Positions 55,633 through 64,000 of a DNA stretch of 64,000 nucleotides are shown here, piece by piece. Under the pieces are notes generated by a model that saw nothing but the letters and a program-made list of their open reading frames with translations, was not told the DNA's origin and searched no databases. How positions within the stretch are numbered: position 1 is the stretch's first letter; each line of letters begins with the position of its first letter. This DNA is from Octopus vulgaris (taxonomy: Eukaryota): NCBI GenBank assembly GCA_951406725.2, contig OX597817.1, positions 56,482,001 to 56,546,000 on the forward strand, in the 5' to 3' direction. The position numbers were made by a program, and so were the translations under genes.

Positions 55633-55725
55633 TATCATTTACCTCTTTCCTCTTGCTCTGTCTAACCCCCTCTTTCTGTCTATATACACATGCATATAAT
55701 ATATGTACACACATATGTGTATATA

Positions 55726-55826
<101 letters not shown>

Positions 55827-56134
55827 CATATATATACACATACATACAGATACATACTAGAGTACATGTATTCGAATTTAACTACATATGAAATATATAT
55901 ATATATGTGGGTATATATATATATATATATATATATATGCATATAAATGTATTTATACATATGCACGTGATTGTTTTCATGTGTTCGTGTGCACGCGTGT
56001 CTACGAGAGTGTGTGTGTGTACATGTATGGTTGCATCCTTTGGTGCTGTAAGTATGCGTGTATATATATATATATGTATATATATATTTGTGAGTTTGTG
56101 CTTCCTAATGTGCGCGCATGCATGTGTGTCGTGT

Positions 56135-56211
<77 letters not shown>

Positions 56212-57849
56212 TGCTGTAATTTCAAGTCTATTAGATCTCGCAAAAGCTGACATTTTTGACCTAAATAAACGGCATGTTCACTATCGATTTTTGTCCCCTA
56301 CTGTCAGACCCTACCCTCTACTACCACCACCGCCACTCTCTCTCTCACTTTGTCTTTCTCTCTCTGTCTCCCTCTCTCCCTCTCTCTCACTTTGTCTTTC
56401 TCTCTGTCTCTCTGTCTTTCTCTCTCTGTCTCCCTCTCTCCCTCTCTCTCACTTTGTCTTTCTCTCTGTCTCTCTGTCTTTCTCTCTCTTGTTGTCTCTT
56501 TCTCTCTCTGTCTCCCCCTCTCTCTCACTTTCTCTCTCTTTCCTTCACTCTCTCGGGTGGTGGTAGAAGAGCATGTGCTCAAAGTGGTGGCGGCGGCGAA
56601 GGTGGCTGTTGCTGTTCTTGTGTTGTTGCTCTTGTTGTTGTTTTTGATTGTGGTGGTGAAGATATTGGTGATTAGGGGGGGTTGTCGTGATAGGGGGGAT
56701 GGGCGTGTGCTGCAATGGCGGCGATGACGGCGATGTCAATGTTGCCGGAGTATATGTAGTGACTGTGGCGGTGGGGCGGAATGGTGAAATTGTTCTTAGT
56801 GAAGAAGAGGTGGTGGGTACAGGGTCGGGTGGAGAGAAGGGGTGCTGTAGGGGTGGTGGTAATGGCTGCAGTGGCGGTGTTGCTGATAGTGGTGGCGGTG
56901 TTGCTGATAGTGGTGGCGGTCATGGTCGTCGTCGTCTTGGTATTGGTGGTAGTGGTTGCGTTGTTGGTGGTCGTCGTCGTCATTGTAATGGCGGTGGTGG
57001 TGGTGATGGTGGTGGTGGTGGTGGTGGTGGTGGTGGTGACGGTCATGGTGACAGTGGTGATGAGTTGGTGTTGCTTGTGATGGTCGTTGTAGTAGTGGTG
57101 GTGGTGGTGGTAGTGGTAGTGGTGGTAGTGGTGGTGGTGGTAGTGGTGGTGGTGGTAGTGGTGGTGGTGGTAGTGGTGGTGGTGGTAGTGGTGGTGGTGG
57201 TGGTGACAGCAGCCATGTGTTGGTTGTGCTTGTAATGGTCGCTGTAACAGTGATGCTGATGGTAATGGTGGTGGTGGTGGTGGTGGTGGTGGTGGTGGTA
57301 GTGATGATCGCAATGGCGGCGGTGGTGGTGGTAGTGGTGGTGGTAGTCGTGGTGGTGGCTACGGTGGTGATGTGTCGGTGGTACTTGTAATTGTCGTTGT
57401 TGAAGTGGTGGTGGTGCTGGTGGTGCTGGTGGTGGTGGTGTTGTTAGTGTCGGCGGTGGCGTCCCCTGGTGACGTTGGTGAGCCGGAATGAACATATGCC
57501 GTAAGACAAAATGCTATCTGCAGTTAAACACACATTGTTCTAACACTGTAATTCTTTACAGTCAACCTTCCCGCCACATCTGTACGCCTATGTGAGCACG
57601 CATGCGTTCACGTATATATGTGTGTGCATTTGTTTGCATGTATGTATGCGCGTATTTAGGTACGAATATATTTATATATATATATATATATATATAAATA
57701 TACACATATATATAATATATATATGTATTATGTATGTATGTATTTTATATGTAATATATATCATTTGTGCATTCATGACTATGTATGCGTACATTCGTGC
57801 ATATATATACAAGCACATACACCATATGTGTGTATCTAACTGTGCATAA

Positions 57850-57882
<33 letters not shown>

Positions 57883-57994
57883 CATATGTATATATACATA
57901 CATATATATATATATGTATATATGTATATATATGCATATATATATATGTATATATATATGTATACATATATATATGCATATACATATATATGTG

Positions 57995-58052
<58 letters not shown>

Positions 58053-58090
58053 TATACACGTATATACACATATATATATATGCATGTATG

Positions 58091-58122
<32 letters not shown>

Positions 58123-58572
58123 AGTATACATATATATGTGGGGGGGTGAAATTTCCTCCCACTGAAAGTCTTTTCTCTCTTTCTCCCTATCTATACTCCT
58201 AAAATCTCTTTTAATATATCTTCCTTCCTGTAACTCTCTTTGTCCCCTCTCTTTCCCTCCCTTTCCCTCTCTCTCTCTCTCTGTACTTTCATCCTTTCTT
58301 CCTCACTTCTTTTCCTTGTTCTTGTTATAATCTCGTCTCCTTTACATGTATGTGTAAGCTTGAGTCTTCAGTTGTGTGTGAATGTGTACTTGCATATTGT
58401 GTGCATGTAGATGTGTGCAAGTGCTTGCTTCTTGTACGGGTATGTCTTCCTCTGTGTCTGTCTCTATCTGGCTGGCTGTTCCTTTCTCTACTTTGAACAA
58501 CTCTCTCTTTCTCCCTCATTCTCCCTCCCTTCTCTCTCTGTCTTTCTGTCTGTCTTTGTCTCTGTCTCTCTC

Positions 58573-58603
<31 letters not shown>

Positions 58604-58949
58604 GAGTGTGTGTGTATGTATTTCTCCCTTTACTTCATTTTATCTTCAACCCAGGCAACCACACTACAACTACCACCTCCACCATCACCTATGCCACCTC
58701 TATCAACAGCTCTGCCACCATCATCATAATCACCATCAGCATCGACATTATAACCATCACCATTAGCTATGCAGTCGTCGTCATCATCATCATCATCATC
58801 GTCGTCATCATTCCACGACGCAACAATATAACCGACTCCTTTAATTCGAGTTACACAAAAAAACAAGTAAACAACAAAAGCAGCTTGGTTCCTATCATTT
58901 TGTGGGGGGAGAACCTTCGATTAAACCAATCCAAATCTCGGCATATTTG

Positions 58950-59400
58950 TTGTCTTCCTCGAATGGATGTTAGACACAGTAGGGTCCTGCAGAATTACAT
59001 CCCCTACCAGACCCGTTAATGTCAACACAATTGCTTATTCCGTCATTTTCTCAAACAATCAGCCAGTTTCTGGTGCGTCGTCAACAGACATGCTTACGTC
59101 ACCAACATTTAGAACACTCAACTGGTGCCATCACTTTTTTATTCATCTTGGCACACTGGTATTCACTGCTGCGCCTGTCTCATAATATTTTCGTCCAATC
59201 AATAAACGCAGCTATTTTCTCAAACACGTGTCGTCATCGTTCTTCGTCAATCGGCAACTCCAACTGCGGACATATTAATTGATGTCACAAATCGTACATG
59301 CGGTGAGCTGTTGCAGTGAACCTTCGCAACTGGAATCTTCGGTAGTGGTTGTCGCGCTAGGATCAGTCGACGCAATTGGTTGACACAGTATCAGACAGCG
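58950..59400 (-). mobile_element. Possible very old BEL/Pao integrase C-terminal relic
   Basis: Minus-strand fragments across frameshifts: ARQPL, SSEY, WHQLSVLNVGDV..VDDAP, INGLVGDVIL, reminiscent of NSRPL...EY...W...VGDVV...DGLVR. Confidence 0.35.
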
Positions 59401-59539
59401 AAACAAATACATTGTTCTGACAATCATTGTGGCTGAGGTAGGAATACATAGCAGGAATGGATTGCTAAATTGTTAAGAAATCCTCAATTCAGATATATTC
59501 AGGTGTACAACGGAGAGGTTCCTGGCTTTAACGGTAGCG

Positions 59540-59544
59540 TATAA

Positions 59545-59576
<32 letters not shown>

Positions 59577-60020
59577 ATTGCATAATATGTGTGTGTGCGT
59601 GTGTGATCGTATAATATGATCGTATAATATGTGTGTGATCGTATTAAATGTCTGTGTGTGTGATCGTATAAAATGTGTGTGTGAACGTATAATATGTGTG
59701 TGTGTGTGTGTGCGATCGTATAATATGTTTGTGTGATCATATAATATTTGTGTGTGCGATCGTATAAAATGTGTGAGTGACCGTATATGTGTGTGTGATC
59801 ATATGTGTGTGTGATCATATGTGTGTGTGATCGTATATGTGTGTGTGATTGTATAATGTGTGAGTGTGTGATCGTATAATATGTGTGTGATCGTATAATA
59901 TGTGTGTCTGTGATCGTATAATGTGTGTGTGATCGTATATGTGTGTGTGATCGTATATGTGTGTGTGATCGTATATGTGTGTGATCGTATAGTGTGTGTG
60001 TTCTGATCTGATCATATGTG
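59540..60020. repeat. Compound minisatellite (TG)n-ATCGTATAAT
   Basis: About 20 units of gtgtgtgatcgtata(at). Confidence 0.9.
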
Positions 60021-60309
60021 TGTGTGCGCGGGCGCGTGTGTGTGAGTGTCTACGTTTGTCTACACTATAGCTCGACGACCGGTGTCTGTGTTTACCTCCC
60101 CGTACTTTAGCGGTTCGGCCAAAGAGAACAATAGAATACCAGGCTAAAAGAAAAAAATAAGTTCTGAGTTCGATTCATTCAACTGAAATCTCAAGATGGC
60201 GCCCCAGCATGGCCGCAGTCGAATGACTCAAAAATTAAAGATAAAAGCTATGTATGTATTGTTGGCATCCTTTTGTCTCGAGAGACAATGTAGTTGCACA
60301 TAAACTAAT

Positions 60310-60645
60310 CCAGTGTGGTTTTTACATTTCATGTCCTCTCCAGTTTTGTGCAAGCCTGGGCTAGATGTAAGAAAATCCTGGGTCACCCAGTCGTCAGGAT
60401 TCCTCTCTCGACCTTGCTGACATAGTCCAAAGGAGTGCAGAGCATTACGTTTGACACCAGCTTGGTTGCAGGAGCTGCCGGAAGGGTGTCGAGTCAAACA
60501 CTAAGCCGCCTACTGGGCTCCACTCCAGATTTCTTTGAAGATTGTCTCCTTTCCGTAACCCTGGATAGGGGCCCATACCGGGTACTCTCAGCCGGAGCCA
60601 GCTGAGCCCGGTACTCGTGTCAGGCAGGGTCGTCACTCCCTGAAG
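60310..60645 (-). mobile_element. Probable RTE-type LINE 5' region
   Basis: GC-rich block (ggcagctcctgcaaccaagctggtg...aatcctgacgactggg) resembling RTE 5' sequences from memory; not verified. Confidence 0.4.
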
Positions 60646-61014
60646 TAATGAAGAAAACGCTATCCACTACCTAAAAGAAGCTATGAATATATGTATGGAT
60701 GGATGGACGGATGGGTGGATGCATGCGTGCATGCATGTATATATGTATGTATTTTATGTATGTATGTATGTATGTATGTATGTACGTATGTATATGCATG
60801 AACGTATTTCGAGGCTGTCTGAGGACGTATTCGGTAGGATTAAAGGCTCTGTAAACTGCATTTATGGTGTAAGATCATTAAATAATTACCGAACACGCAA
60901 ACATGAGCAATGGATGTAATAAATGAACACGAAGTATTGATGTGCGATTTATATTACGTTACAGCTCTATTCGGAGCACATACTAACCTTTGGGATCACA
61001 CAACCAATTCCCTG

Positions 61015-61069
<55 letters not shown>

Positions 61070-61433
61070 TGTGTGTGTATATATATGTTTATATTTATAA
61101 ACATGGATATTTATATGCTTGCGTACACATATTTGTATATATACGCTCGATATTATAGCTTTATCATGGAATGTTTAAACATTCTATAAAATTAAACCCA
61201 TTGTTGATTATTTCAAGAAGATCTATTGATTTTAGGGTAACAAATGAAAGAATTTATATCTTAATTTTCTTTGTGAATATTAGAAGAATATAACTAATAT
61301 TGAATATTTGCAACACAGAAATAATATTGTAAAAATTTATTACACACATACACACACACACTCTCTCTCTCTCTTTCACTCACACTCAGACACACAAATA
61401 TATATATATATACATATAAAGATAGATAGATAA

Positions 61434-61499
<66 letters not shown>

Positions 61500-61503
61500 G
61501 ATG

Positions 61504-61543
<40 letters not shown>

Positions 61544-61774
61544 CATACATACATAGATTTATAGATAGATTAATATATACATATATATTTACACTTTGTA
61601 TAAACTTTACGCTCAACTGAAAGTGAATTCCTAATGTATATCCAGTAACAGAAGCATTTCAAGTGTATGATGACATCGGGTAACCAATAGCGGAAGACGA
61701 GCTTTGCAAAGCATTCCACAAGGTTTTTACCTGAATCATAGTTGACTGCACATACACATCTACGTAAAGATATA

Positions 61775-61844
<70 letters not shown>

Positions 61845-61859
61845 TATATATATTTGTGT

Positions 61860-63014
61860 CAAATGAAGTGCGTAGTGACTTAGATAAGAATGAACTTAAC
61901 CAAGAGGTCCCTTTCAAGTCGGAGCGGTAACCAATACATAAGCTCTGCCAATAGCACTACACAAATAACTAACAAATATAATAGCAAACAAACCCAATGC
62001 CGAAATGAAAACCAGATAAATAGGTTACACACGTTTACAAGCTTAAGCAGAAATACAAATACATACCTCAATAACATAGACACCTCTAGTAATATCGAGT
62101 GGCATATAATTCTCTTCGGAAAACAAATAAATTCCAATATACCAAAATTGTTCTATTCAGCTTTGGATAAACACTTTCCAAAAGACAGTAAATACTAAAG
62201 AATATTTAATAAACATCGAGTTAGACTAGCCTTTATTTATAGCAGAAATCTAGCACAAATTATAGCAACACACAACACTAGCAGATTAAACAGTTTCCAT
62301 ATAAACAATAACAACAACCGTAGTACCCAGAATAATAATTGTAGATCAATAAATAGCAACAATGTCAGCATAATCGAACAAATCATAAGTAACCCAATTA
62401 GGTATCAAGATAGGAGCTATGGTTTTACAACCAATAATATAGAAGCTACTTTAACAAACTCCTGCATTTGCCTGGAAGCGGAAGATGTGAATCTTAAAAA
62501 GTGCAGTACTCAGAATGCTGTCTATGGGTGAAAGAGTAATAGCTTAGAAGATCGACAGGAGTATTTAGAAATCATCTTTAGCTGATGCAGAGACTATTAA
62601 TGGAAGTAGTAGAACTATTACTTTGTGCAAGGGTTGTGCAATGAACAGGGTTTGCCCGCCTAACTCTAATTGTAGATATAAAAATATTGTATACATATGT
62701 AAGGTTACCTCAGTGAATAATGAGCACGTCTATATCGGAGCTATCTCACTTTATATTAAGCAAAGACTTGCCAATCATTTAAATTTGTTTAGTTTATAGG
62801 GACAAAATGAATACTACTAACCTTAGTACACTAGCAAAGTATATTCGATTGGTTGAGAAATAATTAGGCAAAAACTTATAGAATAGGCGATAATAGATGT
62901 GACTTTTGTGTGGAAGATATGTACCAAATTTTCACTTCTAAATTTACTCTTATAAACACAAGAGAAGAACAGGTTCTAAGATGCCTACACTTGAGAAAAT
63001 ATACGTTTAAATAA
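61860..63014 (+). mobile_element. Decayed Penelope-like retroelement: RT C-terminus, Cys-rich linker, GIY-YIG endonuclease
   Basis: NIPKLFYSALDKHFPKDSKY*RIFNK...IIATHN; CKGCAMNRVCPPNSNCRYKNIVYICKV...VYIGA...KQRLANH (62626-62778); LINTREEQVLRCLH; stops and frameshifts. Confidence 0.85.
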
Positions 63015-63611
63015 TTTGAATGCAAACAACTCACCAACTATTGTTATTATGCTAGTTACAATAATGATTATAATAATAAATGATATTTATACTAATACTA
63101 CTATTAATAATAATAAAAATACTATCAATTGTGGGTATAAACCCAAAATAAGTAAAATATCTTTGAATAAATAATGTACTGTATACAGCAACATACAAAT
63201 AAAACTGCTACAATTAATAAAAACCTGAATAATCATTTTAAAAACTACGCTTCAACTGTAACAGAAGCAGAGGTGATTATAAAACCAGCATTCCATCCAA
63301 TATAAACCATAACGCTATTACCTTCAAATGAATACCAAGGCAGGACGCTTGGTTGAATCAGTTCACTTTGAAAAAGTCATGAGTGATGGACCCTTGACGA
63401 AATTGCAACGACTAGAATGCATAATTGCATACAAAACATGGGCAGTCGCTACAGTTGAAACATATGTAGGTCGGATGTATATGCTGTGGAAAACTTTTAA
63501 ATAAAGTTTTCGAATGTGAATAAAATCTCCACTCTCTTCTTCGTTATCAACGTTATATATCAACGTTTCAAGATGCGGCTTCGGTTATGCTGGAGTACCA
63601 CCGTGTGTATG

Positions 63612-63681
<70 letters not shown>

Positions 63682-63771
63682 AATAGACAATTTGGTGTTA
63701 ATACTCAACAATTATTAAATCCTTAATCTCCATTTTCCAATGGAACCTCCAATGGAATGGATATAAACTAT

Positions 63772-63863
<92 letters not shown>

Positions 63864-63911
63864 CGAGAGACAGACAGACAGAATGGCAGCTAGCTAGCTA
63901 GATAGTTGGAT

Positions 63912-63949
<38 letters not shown>

Positions 63950-64000
63950 ATAGAGTGATAGATAGATAGACATATATATGTCTGTGCGTGTGTATACTCA

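Noticed and set aside
59540-60020. Repeat-spacer array
   Set aside because: The spacers are only variable (TG)n; this is a compound minisatellite.
63365-63415. Hammerhead in the Penelope 3' repeat
   Set aside because: The CUGANGA box and NUH are not intact; too decayed to call.

Overview
AT-rich, microsatellite-saturated animal genomic DNA with no recognisable host protein-coding gene. The SINE repertoire and repeat style look like an octopus/cephalopod genome (inference). Almost every ORF in the supplied track is a translation of simple repeats. The real content is mobile DNA: four tRNA-headed SINE families, a 5'-truncated L1/Tx1-type LINE sitting in a (GATA)n tract, a decayed Penelope-like element (RT C-terminus plus GIY-YIG endonuclease), several Tc1/mariner remnants and MITEs, non-autonomous Helitron-like elements, probable RTE and BEL/Pao relics, and a ~5 kb decayed A-rich tandem array. 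The main hidden signal is RNA-level. Eight hammerhead-ribozyme cores (plus two half copies) lie in short non-coding elements between (TA)n tracts in the first 27 kb. Several are in inverted (fold-back) copies, and two (11487-11554 +, 16241-16295 -) have the three hammerhead strands in a non-circularly permuted order. All folds were paired by eye and none is tested; SINE and repeat boundaries are approximate.
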